Of a stretch of 64,000 bases of DNA, positions 28,861 through 41,227 are shown piece by piece. The notes beneath the pieces were generated by a model, which saw nothing but the letters and a program-made list of their open reading frames with translations, was not told the DNA's origin and did not search any database. How positions within the stretch are numbered: the first letter of the stretch is position 1; every line of letters begins with the position of its first letter. The stretch is from Anthoceros angustus (taxonomy: Eukaryota; Plantae; Anthocerotophyta), in assembly GCA_010909165.1 (NCBI GenBank), contig MU008183.1:372001-436000 (forward strand). Direction: 5' to 3'. The position numbers and the translations under genes were made by a program.

Positions 28861-29308
28861 GAAAAGACACCGAGGAAGGAACTTCTAGTGAGAGCAGGCC
28901 TGCGCCTCCTTGTAAACACGCTTGCTAGCGGACTAAAGCGCCCAAGAGTGTCCATAATCTCCCTATCAAACCCTTTAGAACCCCTTCGTAGTCGAGATAG
29001 AACGACATGAGACGAGGCAATTTGCGGATGAGATAGACCTATTCGAAAAGGCAGCCTATATTACAGTACTTATTGTAATTTTATGTTACACTTTCAAATT
29101 GCAACATGCTTGGGAGACTTGGTATTAAGTTTGTCTCTTCTTTCCTCATGTGGTGCCATCATCCTAACACGAACCTGGCTCTCTCTCTTACCCTCCGCCG
29201 TTAGTGGACTTAAATAAAATCCTTCTTCTTCTAACCCTCATAATTACACCCCCTCTCTCACAAGCATTTTTTATGATTTTCCACATCCAATTGCAACATG
29301 ACAGGAAC

Positions 29309-29555
29309 AAGGAGCTCCCTCTCTCTCCCGTATCGTTCTCCCCTCTTTATACACCTCCTTTGGAAAATTATTTGTTTATATTTCACCTTGCCCTCTTCAT
29401 TGCACCCTCTCTTGACAACTATTTATTTATGCTGCCCAAGGAGCCCCCTCTCTCTCCCGTATCATTCTCCCCTCTTTACTACACCTCCTTTGGAAAATTA
29501 TTTGTTTATATTTCACCTTGCCCTCTTCTTTGCTCCACAACTATTTGTTTATGTT
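29309..29555. repeat. ~129-bp tandem duplication (pyrimidine-rich)
   Basis: AAGGAGC.CCCTCTCTCTCCCGTATC..CACCTCCTTTGGAAAATTATTTG at ~29309 and ~29438. Confidence 0.8.
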
Positions 29556-30189
29556 GCCCAGAACATCATTCTCCCCTCTTTATTGGTTCAGCAACTCTCA
29601 GCTTTCCCTCTACCTCACCATTTCTTTATCAATATTTTTACTTGACCACAGCTATTCATAGGTTGAAGCCTAATGTTTTGACCTTATGCTATACATGTTA
29701 TAAAAGATAATTACAAGTTATCCATGTATGTATATGACCTAAATATAGATATATAATAGAGTAGACTTTATTAACAGACGAGATAGAAATCCCACAAGAT
29801 ATATATATATATATCCGTAAATATAGGATGTATAGATACGTATGTGTAGAATATCATTGGTTTATTTTATTCATTTGCATAGATACATGTAAGTAGATTG
29901 CAATCGCTATGATTTCCATTTCACATAGGCATACATGTGGCATGTAAACTATGTACCTGCACATGGCGTACACGGCCATGTATGCCCACAATTTATAGGA
30001 CATGGCGCATACATGTTTTCTATGTTTACGCGTGGCGCATCCGTGAATACATCTCGTCCCTTTGCTTCCCCGATCATGTCCAGTTGCAAAATCAAAGCAC
30101 CTTACGCATTATGATTGGGTATTCTGGGAAATTAACTCTGCAGAGGGATTGGGCTTGACAGGCGCAGCCTTCTATTCCCACTTCTCCTT

Positions 30190-30578
30190 CAGGTCTTCAT
30201 AGCGCCCAGTTTGTCCAACATGATCCCATTCATGACATTTATGGGAGGAGTATAAGCCTGTATTGTTGAAGGTTCCTTGGTATGAGTGTTAGCCAAGTGG
30301 AACCATATCATCATTACAGACGTTGTACACGGGATTCAACCTTGTGAACATGAAGTCTTAAAGAGGCTTTGCGTTTACAAGGTCAGGTCTTCATAGTGCC
30401 CAGTTTGTCGAACATGATCCCATTCATGACATTTCTGGGAGGAGTATAAGCCTGTATTGTTGAAGGTTCCTTGGTACGAGTGTTAGCCAAGTAGAACCAT
30501 ACCATCATTACAAACGTCGTACATGGGATTCGACCTTGTGAACATGAAGTCTTAAAGAGGCTTTGCCTTTACAAGGTG
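30190..30578. repeat. ~194-bp tandem duplication
   Basis: CAGGTCTTCATAG.GCCCAGTTTGTC.AACATGATCCCATTC at 30190 and 30384. Confidence 0.85.
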
Positions 30579-33192
30579 CACCCATCGATGGCCCATTTGT
30601 GTAGCCATCGCGGGTAACCCAATACTTGCTGCATTCGAAGACGATGGAGGATAACATAGGTTGGGCAATTGCCTTTCTCACACCGGCTCGGGGATGGAGG
30701 TAGGAACGGAGGGCGATAATGTAGTTGTCCCAGCAACATCAGGAACCAGCGTGGTTGGGGCAGGAACAAGTGGTGGTCATGTTGCTGGAGGGAGGGACAA
30801 AAATGAGGATGTGTCGAGTGGGGCAAAAACAAGGACAACGAAAAACAGCCCAGGGAGTGCGGCGTCACCAGCAACTAATAGGTATGTGTCGTCTCTTGAT
30901 AGCAAGGGGCCAGATACATAGGCAGGGAATGGCAGTATCCATCACAGTGCGAGATGTAATGTATTTGTTTAGGGAACATCAAGACATGATGTGTCGCAAA
31001 TGCAAGAAGAGCGCTCGAGAGGGAGCATGGGGTGAGGATATGTGTCCCTAATGCATGAAAAGAAACCCGGCCGTCATTAGGGGCAGGAAGACAAGAAAGG
31101 CAAGGTACAGAGATGAGGTATTTGTCCAGGGATTTGTTAAGCAGGCACTTGGTGGGCTGACAATGTCACGGCGTGGTGATAAGGAGGAGGAGGATTGGAC
31201 ACATACCTGGCGTAGTCCAAGGCAAAGAGCATGGACCTACACAGCGGTGCTCTCGCAGACGTGACGCAGGTTGTGGAGAAGGGAGGAGGCCGGAAGAGGC
31301 TAGGAAAGCAGGAGCAAGGCCCGGAGAGCTAGATGGGGGACCATGGATATCACGGTTGAGGGCCGCGCCGATGGAAAGGACTTTGACAAGCACGGAACTG
31401 TTGGTAGGGAATGGGTGGAAACAAATTAGAGACAAGGCGGCCAAGGTGAGTGTGCAAATTGCAGTTGTCCAGCTAGCAATTTCCCTCTGCTTACAAGCCA
31501 AGGGCCATATGTATGGCATGTGCATGGCTGTGATTGTAGAATTCCAACACCGCTCAGGGAGAAACGAACGCACATGACAGTAGGAAAATGGCTGTAGAAC
31601 GGAAGAGGAATGGGAAGGTCAAAATCACAAGCCGTGCGGAAGGCCAAGAGTTTTCAGCAATTGCCTACAATGTGGAGTAGGCATGGCATGTACGGTGCGC
31701 AAGAGTTTTCAGCAACTGCCTACAATGTGGAGTAGGGTGGAGTAGGCATGGCATGTACTGTGCGCAAGCCAAGGATGAGGATAATTTGCACCACAACCCC
31801 CATTTCACTCCCACAGCGACAAAAACGAGCACGCTAGAATGCGATAGATGGTCGGAGAACCGACATGTGTATCGTGCATTAAAATATGGATATGTCATCA
31901 TTTTTTATTGTATGGATTTGCAGATATACGAACGTTATACAAGTGATGCATAAAAATGCAGATACATGGGTGACATATACATAAGATACTGCACAAAATA
32001 TAGGGGACAAAGCTACACGCAATATACGTAGACAGCCAGGTGAACGTATTGCGAATATCATATGAAAAAATAAGGCACAAAAAGTATACAATTGAAAAAC
32101 GTGGATGACCCCGTATAGGTATTGGAATGATCATCTCAAGAAATTACGCCAGTAAAAGTATACACGTAATATATGTGGACAGCCCCATATACGTATTACA
32201 ATAATGATGCCAGAAAAATACGAGAGTAAAAGGAACAAGAGTTAAGGTAGATGGGGAGGAGGTTAGGTACCAGCCTTCAAAATTGTAAGGAGAGACGATC
32301 TAACAATTTGGTTGTTGCAATAAGGTTGAAATTTTGAGAGGGGACACACACCACCTCTCACTAGATTGCAACATAATTGCAACAAAGGCTATAACATGAG
32401 TGTAACAAGGTGGAGGGTTGGTTTCCAAACCAGACTATAACAAAGGGCCCAAAAGGTGTAACTAGACCCCAAGATTTCAACATAATTGCAACAAGGGGGT
32501 CCAAATTTTAACGTAAAAGTGTAACATGGCTACCTTTTTCTAGTGGGGACTAGTTGCAACAAGGGCATCCACTCACTTTGGGCACCCCATCTAAGTATGT
32601 TTAACAACGACGCTCTTATAAATGTGCATACATTCGGTGAAGCATGCCACACATTCGGTGAAGCTTTGCTCTTGGTGGCATGAGACTGTCGAAATCATAC
32701 GTAGACAGTTTCCTAGTAAGGTTGTGTAGATAACATTTGCTACTTTTACAAATGCTACCTTTAGGGTTTATAAAATTTTATTCTATTTGAATGTTTAAAA
32801 TTATAATAAATTTAAAAATTAATCGCCATCGTAAACGGATTAGGATAATGTCTTTAGATGTGGAGACTTATGTAGGGTCAAAGTGGCCATTGACCTATAT
32901 GTCCGCCACCAAAACTTGGTTGCCTTGAACAAACCATGAGTCGCTTTAACTATCAAGAAGAGATAAAAAGAGGAGGGCTGGTCCTTAATATTTTTTCTTA
33001 ATCTGTTAGTACACTTGCACAAAAAAGAAAGATGATCACAAAAAAAAAGGAAAAAAAGATCTCTAGATATAGGGATCACCATGTAAAGAACCTAATGTAT
33101 TTCGTCATGGGGAATGGGATCTAGTTGCTCTTCCTTACCACAGTCTCCCCCAAGCTATCTTAAGGTAAATAACCTCACTCATCTTCACTTAT

Positions 33193-33972
33193 TCAATAAT
33201 TTAAAAGTGCAAGCATTTCATCACTTCTCTCATTTTCAAAATTTGTAAGGAAGTATTGCAGATCAGTATATAGAAGAGCTCTTTCACGAAAATCGTCATT
33301 TTCAATAAAATTATCTCCCCATTCCTCTATAATTTGTTGAACCCTTGTGTATGACTCTAAATTCATATTTCTTCTTCCTAAGATAATGTCATTAATCATT
33401 TGAAGATCATTTTCCAATATCAAACTACTACGAATTTGGAAAAATGCATGAAGCGTGTCGAGCAGCTTATCAAATAGAAGATTTCTCTCATGTGGATCTT
33501 CATTTTCAATAAAATTACACCCCAATCCCTCCAAAATATGTTCAATTAGTACGAATGAGTCTATGTCCATATTTCTTCTTCCTGAGATAATATCATTGAT
33601 CATTTGAACATCACTTTCCAATATCAAATTGCTACGGATTTGTAAAGGTAAAGTTAGTATTGGTTCGTCTTCAACATGGTGGTTGAGTGTTGGTCCATCC
33701 TTTACGTGGTGGTATATCTCACCCCTACAAAGTGGACATGTGATTGGCCAAGAACATATGTTCAACCATGAGTTTAGACAATTTTTATGATATGTGTGAG
33801 AACATGTAATTACCCTAGTGATCTCCTCGCCTACTATAATAGATTGTATACAAATTGCACAAGTGATTTCATCGTCACACGCACTTTGGTAAATACTTAT
33901 AGATAGATTATCGTGATTAATATTTGTAGATGGATTAGTAGTGTTATCAACAACAATATCCCTATGATCCAT
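33193..33972 (-). CDS. Intronless AT-rich RING-H2 protein with a duplicated C-terminal module
   Basis: CAICIQ..CSHTYHKNCLNSW..CPLCR. Two copies of QIRSxLILExDxQMINDIIxGRRNM. First ATG at 33972. Confidence 0.7.
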   Translation of the reverse strand: MDHRDIVVDNTTNPSTNINHDNLSISIYQSACDDEITCAICIQSIIVGEEITRVITCSHTYHKNCLNSWLNICSWPITCPLCRGEIYHHVKDGPTLNHHVEDEPILTLPLQIRSNLILESDVQMINDIISGRRNMDIDSFVLIEHILEGLGCNFIENEDPHERNLLFDKLLDTLHAFFQIRSSLILENDLQMINDIILGRRNMNLESYTRVQQIIEEWGDNFIENDDFRERALLYTDLQYFLTNFENERSDEMLALLNY

Positions 33973-34409
33973 AATTTTTGAAGTATTTTTTTTATAACTA
34001 GGTATTTTGTAGAGAGATAACAAAACCGTAAGTTCTTCAAATTTGAAATCGTAAAAGTCTTCAAATGCTAAAATATTCAGTTATGATATCATTAAATCTT
34101 ACAGGACCGACTAATTTATAGACAAAATTTTTACTACTAATTATGGAAACTAACCTATAATAAATTACTAATATTAGAAAAAATTATCATTAATTGCCAA
34201 TTTTTGAAACAAAGTTGTAATCGAAAATAGTAAAACTTCGTCGTCAAGTAAAGAATTGCTATTACAAACCACGATTGTAAATATATACTTCTTTTTTGGG
34301 TTAGAAATTCTAGCTAAGTCTAACCCTATAATGAATGACTATGTATCTTCCTGACACCACATGTATTGTCCTGACTCAATTCATGCTTTGGAGAGGCTTC
34401 CCACTAAGC

Positions 34410-34710
34410 AAACTAGAATTTTCCAGTCCCATATGCCGAGGTCACCTCATTCTTGCCATTTTCTTACCGCTTACGATTTATCCACGTGTGGCAGTAGTAG
34501 CCGCTTCTGCTCGATTTATCTACGTGTGGCAGTAGTAGCCGCTTCTGCTTGATTTATCTACGTGTGCCAGTAGTAGCCGCTTCTGCTGGAGACTAGGTAT
34601 GGACCTTGCTCTTAGTACAGTATGACCCGAGCGTTTTGAGATTGATGAATATATACATGTTGCTGTAATGCATTTCAATCCTTATCGGTGGGTGAATCAT
34701 GGGGGAGCTA
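34410..34710 (+). pseudogene. Inverted 5' fragment (exon 1, intron 1, start of exon 2) of a PQQ-propeller gene, containing a 39-bp triplication
   Basis: HLILAIFLPLTIY..AASA..GD*|GT and WVNHGG match the 5' end of copy E (43547). CAG>TAG changes are present. Confidence 0.75.
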
Positions 34711-35606
34711 GAGCTACATTACTGGACGTCTGTAAAGATGTAAAGAAACAGAGGAGCATGTGTGGACCACATTTCTGCGAATCTCAATTAGTTGTCGGCC
34801 TTTTTCACTTTGGTGACCTGCAAATGTCTTACGAGGTGACAGCGAGATCCCGTATTCATAGTCCACATCACTATATATCTTCTTGAAGATACATATACAA
34901 CGATTCCGCTAAAAAAGAACACAAATATATAAAGACGGCCTACATGTCTTGAATGCGTTAGGAATAAGATGCAGTCATCGAGGATACCTACAGTAATTGA
35001 GAGGCAATTGTCTAAGCATCTTGCAAATACTATAACTATTTTGGCACATCTTCTTGCATAGCTATAGTAATTGAGAGGCAATTGTCTAAGCAATTGCATC
35101 TTGCAAGTACTATAACTATTTTTGGCACACATTCCTGCATACCATGGTGAGTGGACAAAAGGAAGACAGTGCATTACATATTATTGTTTTGTTCTTTAGG
35201 TGATGACCGCAATGTTGTCCAGCAAGTGGAAATAGGGTTAGTCCCCTTTGGTAAGGGGCCCTTGGTTAGATTGTTCCCCCTTTTCTTTTTGGCATAGATA
35301 AAATTTTCCATCTCTTTTGTTACATAATGTCTCCACATTGGCAGATAAAGCAAGCTAGTGGATGTTTGTCCTGTTTTGTTTTCTGTGAGGGATCATTTCC
35401 ATCTTTTTCACATAAGAACATATAACTTTCATACAGGTGTTACTAATTGAAGATGAGAGTGTATTCAAAAAAATCTGCGAAGGGGATGATCTAAACTCCA
35501 TATCACATACATACATGGAACCATGCAATTGCTGAGTTGTACAAACGACAGGAGTGGGAGTGCAGAGATTGGCCTAGTATCCTACAAAATGGTGAATTCT
35601 GAGGAA

Positions 35607-37840
35607 TCACTTTACGCAGAAAGCGTAGAGAGTTGTTCCTGGATTTTGAGCAGGTGGAGGTGGGTAGCCAGATCCCACAAATGCGCAACCCTTGGAAACA
35701 GAAATTCCCCCTCGGCTGCCTCCGTAAATGGAGTCATAGTGCCACAGAACATCTCCAGTCCTGCCGTTGAGAGCAAAGATGCGGCCAGTCAGCTGGTAGG
35801 TGGAGGTTCCGAACACGACACCATTAGCAACGGTGACAGGCCCAATGGCAGGTACGCTGTCGGGAGTAGGAGTTGTCCACAGAATCGACCCTGCAGCAAC
35901 GTTCAAAGCCCTCGTGATGTGATGACGTTCTCGCAGGCTAGCAGAAACGACAGTGACAACAGAGAAGATCAGCGAAGGTATGTAGCGTATTGCACCTGTG
36001 GCTGCATCCAACCCCACCCATGCTCCGCCTTTTGTGGTTTTGTTTGAAGGAAGCAGGGTGTAAGTGAGATTCCCGGAGTTGGCATTGTTGGTGTACACAT
36101 ACTTGCCATCTGTGGAGGATCCCCACAGAGCACCTCCGTCCTGCCCACCAGGTCCTGATACCTGATGATCAGAATGCAGCAATGCACTTCTTCCTGTCAG
36201 AATGCAGTCAGCGGGCAGTCCGTTCATCCTGCTCTTGCATGTGCTCTGGCCAGATGAGGAAAGAAACCGTACCGTGTTCCACACTACGTCACCGGTGTCT
36301 CGATCCAAAGCCCAGACTATGCCGCTTTTCTGCGCAGCCACTGCCACATCAACCCAGGAGGACTTCACTGGAATGGTAAGCAGCATGGGGGCTTCTCCGA
36401 AGTCGTAGTCCAACGCAGGGCCTGAAGGACAGTTGGCATTGCGAACAGACGGAACACAAGCTACATTCCAAGCATCAAGGGGTCCGACAGATGTGCTCCA
36501 CCTGATGTCTCCACTGGCCAGCTCCAGGGCTAGTATGGAGTCCCCATGATTCCCCGGCTCCACACAAGGGTCAGGAACCTGCCAGGCGCTACAAACCCAA
36601 ATCAATACACCATGCTATCAGCCTGACTACTGCCCATCATCAGGGATTGATGTAGCTCACCTCAGGTTTGGAGCGGTTCTGCTGTTCCCGCAAGCATTCC
36701 GAAATGGCTGGAGGGGTGTTGTACACGTTCCCTGTAGCTATGTACACCAGACCCCGAGCCAGGTCGATAGCAGGACTGCTTCCCCAGACAGCAGCTCCGG
36801 AATAAAGTCCTGGCTTGCCCCCATTGTCTGGCAGCGTCCTAGTCTTCCACACCACTTTCCCAGTTCGGATATCCAGCTTCTGGAGACTCCCGATGAAGCT
36901 GCAACAGATGTAGCCTGAGACCAGAACTGGCGCAGCTTCCTCGGCTGAGGACACCCCGAAGTAGTATGACCTGTATAAACAGGTGGGCAGATTCTGAGAC
37001 ATCTCCATTGCTCTCGAGCTTCTGCATTGGCATCGTCCATTTAGTAGAGATCACAAACACCTACCTTTTGTGGGCAGTCCCCGACTGCGTCAAAATGGCC
37101 CAAGGATGCTCGTCCACCAGAGTGGTCCACAGAACCCTCCCAGTATGTCGATCAAGAGCAACGACGCAGGCAGGTCCGTTGAGTCCCACCAACAGCGTGT
37201 TGTGAGCAACCACAGGCGTGGCCCTCGTAAATGCGTTGGATCCTGGCCAGAGACGCCACAACTTCCTCCTCAACCATTCTCATACAAAGCTCAACACTGA
37301 AACACTGACAATGCCAATGCCATGTGCACGGCCAGGGGCGTACCAACGATAAAGCTGTATACAGTAGCCTGGATACCCGTGGCCTCCGTCAGATTGGTGG
37401 ACCAAAGAAGCGATCCAGTCTCCTGCTCCACCGCGAACACTGTACCGGACCAGGTGGGAAAATAGAGCACGCCCTTATAGATTGCAGGAGTAGCGGAAAC
37501 GGCACCTCCAGCCTCAAATTCCCACTTGAGAGCCAGACGCTGGGCTGTGTGAACGCTGATGATTCTCTCCTTCTTTGCAAACCTCCAGTTATGCAGCCCT
37601 CCTCCATGATTCTCCCACTGACAAGGATGGAAATGCAGCAGCCTGTATCTGTCAATTACAGAGCGTCCACGTCCATGCGTCCATGCGTCCATGCGTCCAT
37701 GCTACTGCACTGCCGGGCATTCAGAGTAAGGTGCGTACCTGGTCTCCATAGGAAGCGGCTGCTATTGCCGGAGGCAGATAGATTGCAAGCTGCACAAGAA
37801 TGGCAAGTATGACGTGATGCCGGCGATGGGAAATCCTCAT
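35607..37840 (-). CDS. Secreted PQQ-type beta-propeller protein, copy C; 7 exons
   Basis: MRISHRRHHVILAILVQLAIYLPPAIAAASYGDQ|WENHGG ... CCSFIGS ... LYAFCVK; same exon pattern as copy A. Confidence 0.9.
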
Positions 37841-38309
37841 TGTGTTCAATTTCCAGTTTGCTGGTGCGCAGCTTCTGGAAGCACGGACGGCAGGGAAGAT
37901 AGAAAAGACTTCTCTTGGCACACTGCCACCTCGCCTGAAAAAGCCGACCGAAGTCGTCTGGTTTCAACTACAAGCGTGCGACACTGCGAACAGGCGTGTG
38001 GGAACCGCCATCTTCACCTGGGGGCTGGTGCCCGTATCCGCCCCTTGTTTTGAGCCAACCATGGCTATCCTTCTCCGTCGAGATGCATGTCATGTGATTG
38101 TTTGGTATTTTCTTGTTGACCAAGGCAGAGGCAGTACGATAGTTCCTAGATTGCTGGGTCGGATGTGTAGGCCTCCTGCTGCCGCGTGCAACGTCATGAT
38201 TCACAACGTCGCCAGGCTCTCAGTGCTCGTTTGAAGCGCGGGAGTATCGTGGCAGGACCTGCTTGCACTCTCGTTTTTGGCCGCTTTCCCTTTCCACGGA
38301 ATTCGATGC

Positions 38310-38523
38310 ACGCTACCTACAGGCTGCAGGCTACATGCTACATGCTATGGAAAGGGTTGAGGATTTGTCTTAGGGACTGGTTGCTGCGGGGTTCCCAGCT
38401 CTGCCGCAGACCTGCCAGCCTTGCAATCAAGCGGAAATGTATGTAAATCAGGATGTTTTTGGTGGAGGAGAAAGGAGAGGCCATAGCCCTCGTGTTCACA
38501 GCTCTGCTGTTCTTGGGAACATG
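38310..38523 (+). pseudogene. Truncated duplicate of the ureide permease 5' end
   Basis: Homologous to ~25605-25803 (MFLVEEKGEAIALVFTALLFLGT*). It is joined directly to sequence resembling ~27510-27600. Confidence 0.8.
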
Positions 38524-38638
38524 ATAATTACAAGAAAGCTTGCAAGTGCTGAGTTCTACAAACTACCGGAGTGGGAGTGCTTCGGGTTGGTCTCATATCC
38601 TGCTTTCAGAACATTGCAAACTGGTGAATTGTAGGGAA

Positions 38639-40864
38639 TCACTTCACACAGAAAGCATAGAGACTGGTTCCTGCAACTTGACCAAGTGGGTAGCCAGATC
38701 CCACAAATGCGCAACCCTTGGAAACGGAAATCCCGCCTTGGCTGCCTCCGTCCATGGAGTCATAGTGCCATAGAACATCTCCAGTCCTGCCGTTGAGAGC
38801 AAAGATCCGGCCAGTCTGGTAGGAGGCGGTTCCGAACACCACCCCATTAGCAACGCTGACAGGCCCTATGGCAGGTACGTTATTGGGAGTAGCAGTTGTC
38901 CACAGAATCGAACCTGCACAAAAGTTCAAAGCCCTCCTGACGTGATGCCGTTCTTGCGCAGAAATGACATTGACAAGGAGGAGGTTAGCAAATGGATTTA
39001 GCGTACCTGTGGCTGCATCCAACCCCACCCATGCTCCGCCTTTTGTGGTTTTGTTTGAAGGAAGCAGTGTGTAAGTGACATTGTAGGTGTTGAGATTGTT
39101 AGTGTACACATACTTGCCATCCGTGGAGGATCCCCAGGTAGCACCTCCGCCGCTCCCACCAGGTCCCGATACCTGATGATCCGAATGCAGCAATGCATTT
39201 CTTCTTGTCAAAATGCTGTCAGCACTCCATGCATTCTGCTCTTGGATGTTCTCTGTTTACGGGAGGGGACAGTACCGTGTTCCACACTACGACACCGGTG
39301 TCTCGATCCAAAGCCCAGACTATGCCGCTCTTCTGCGCAGCCACTGCAACATCAACCCAGGAGGACTTCACTGGGATGGTAAGCAGCATGGGGGCCTCTC
39401 CAAAGTCATAGTCCAAGGCAGGGCCTGGCGGACAGTTCACACTGCGTGCAGGCAGAATGCAAGCTATATTCCAAGCATCAAAGCCTCCGACAGATGTGCT
39501 CCACCTGATGTGTCCACTGGCCAGCTCCAGGGCAAGTATGGAGTTCTCACGATTCCCCGGCTCCACACAAGGGTCAGGAACCTACAAGTTCAGGCTCTAA
39601 AAACCCAGATCAATAATGCTCAGAGATGGATAGCCATGAGCCCACTCATCAAATACAAAGCCAAAGGTGTGGTCAGCTCCGAGACGCTCACCTCAGGTTT
39701 GGAGCGGTTCTGCTGTTCCCGCAAGCATTTCACAACTGCTGGAGGGGTGTCGTACACGTTCCCTGTTGCTATGTACACCAGACCCCGAGACAGATCGATA
39801 GCAGGACTACTCCCCCAGACAGCAGCTCCGGAATACTGTCCTGGCTTGCCCCCATTGTCTGGCAGCATACTAGTCTTCCACACCACCTTCCCAGTTCGGA
39901 TATCCAGCTTCTGGAAACTCCCGATGAAGGTGCAGCAGTTGTAGCTTTGGTCCAGGAAGCCTGCAGCTTCCTCTTGTGAGGACACCCCGAAGTAGTACGA
40001 CCTGTACCAGGAGGGCAGATTCTGAAACATCTCCATGGCTCTCAAGCTTCTGCATGATCATCGCCCATTTAGCAGAGACGAACGAACAAAGAGACTTCAA
40101 AACACCTACCTTTTGTGGGCAGTCCCCGACTGCGTCAAAATGGCCCAAGGATGCTCGTCCACCAGGTTGGTCCACAGAACCCCCCCTGTGCGTCGATCAA
40201 GAGCAACGAGATAGGCAGGGCCGGCGAGTCCCACCAGCACCGTGTTATGAGCTACCACAGGCGTGGCCCTCGTGAAGGCGTTGGATCCTGGAGAGGCCAG
40301 AACTTCCTACTCAACCATCCTCTGCATAGGAACAGTGAAACCCAGACAATGCCAATGAAAATGCCATGCTCACGGCCTGGGGCGTACCAACGATAAAGCT
40401 GTATACAGTACCCTGGATACCCGTGGCCTGCGTCAAATTGGTGGACCAGAGAAGCAATCCAGTCTCCTGCTCCACCGCGTACACTGTACCGGACCAGGTG
40501 GGGAAATAGAGCACCCCCTTGTAGATTGCAGGAGTAGCGGAAATGGCGCCTCCAGCCTCAAATTCCCACTTGAGAGCCAGACGCTGGGCTGTGTGAACGC
40601 TGATGCTTCTCTCCTTCTTTGCAAACCTCCAGTTATGCAGCCCTCCTCCATGATTCTCCCACTGAACAAGGATTGAAATGTAGCAGGAATATGTTTTCGT
40701 CACCCACACAGCGTCCGCGTCCATGCTACTGCATTGCTTCGCAGCCAGAGTAAGGTGCGTACCTGGTCTCCATAAGAAGATGCTGCTATTGCCAGAGGCA
40801 GATAGATCGCAAGCGGGACGAAAATGGCAAGAATGAAGTGATTCCGGCAATGGCTATGCCTCAT
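38639..40864 (-). CDS. Secreted PQQ-type beta-propeller protein, copy D; 7 exons
   Basis: MRHSHCRNHFILAIFVPLAIYLPLAIAASSYGDQ|WENHGG ... CCTFIGS ... LYAFCVK; splice sites conserved. Confidence 0.9.
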
Positions 40865-41227
40865 TATGTTCAATTTGCAGTTTTCTGGTGCGCAGCTTCT
40901 GGACTATCTCGGGCAGATAGATATGTCCTCGCACGCTGCGACCTCGCCTGAAAAAGCCCGACGAAAGTGTCCTGACTCTCAAGCACGGAATCGGGGATAC
41001 AAGCTTCTCTTGGCGTTGCATCCTCCAGAGTCTAGACTCCTCAAGACTCGTCGCGCGTGCGAGACAGACGTGGGGCCCACCGTCTTTCACCCAGAAAGCC
41101 GAGGTGGCCCACGGATAATGATAATAATGTACATGTGTATGGAACCCGATAGTTGGGGGTGCTTGAAATCGGCCTTGTATAAGGCTCGTTTCAGAACTGC
41201 TTTTGCAAACTGGTGAATTGTGAGGAA

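Larger units (their letters stand above)
28880..32600. mobile_element. Nested degenerate transposon region; possible CACTA-type end at 32528-32545 and a decayed transposase-like fragment at ~30930-31700
   Basis: GGCTACCTTTTTCTAGTG (reverse complement CACTAGAAAAAGGTAGCC) with short repeated TGCAAC/TGTAAC subterminal motifs, and a similar degraded motif near 29045. CxxC-containing broken ORFs and internal tandem repeats are also present. Confidence 0.4.
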
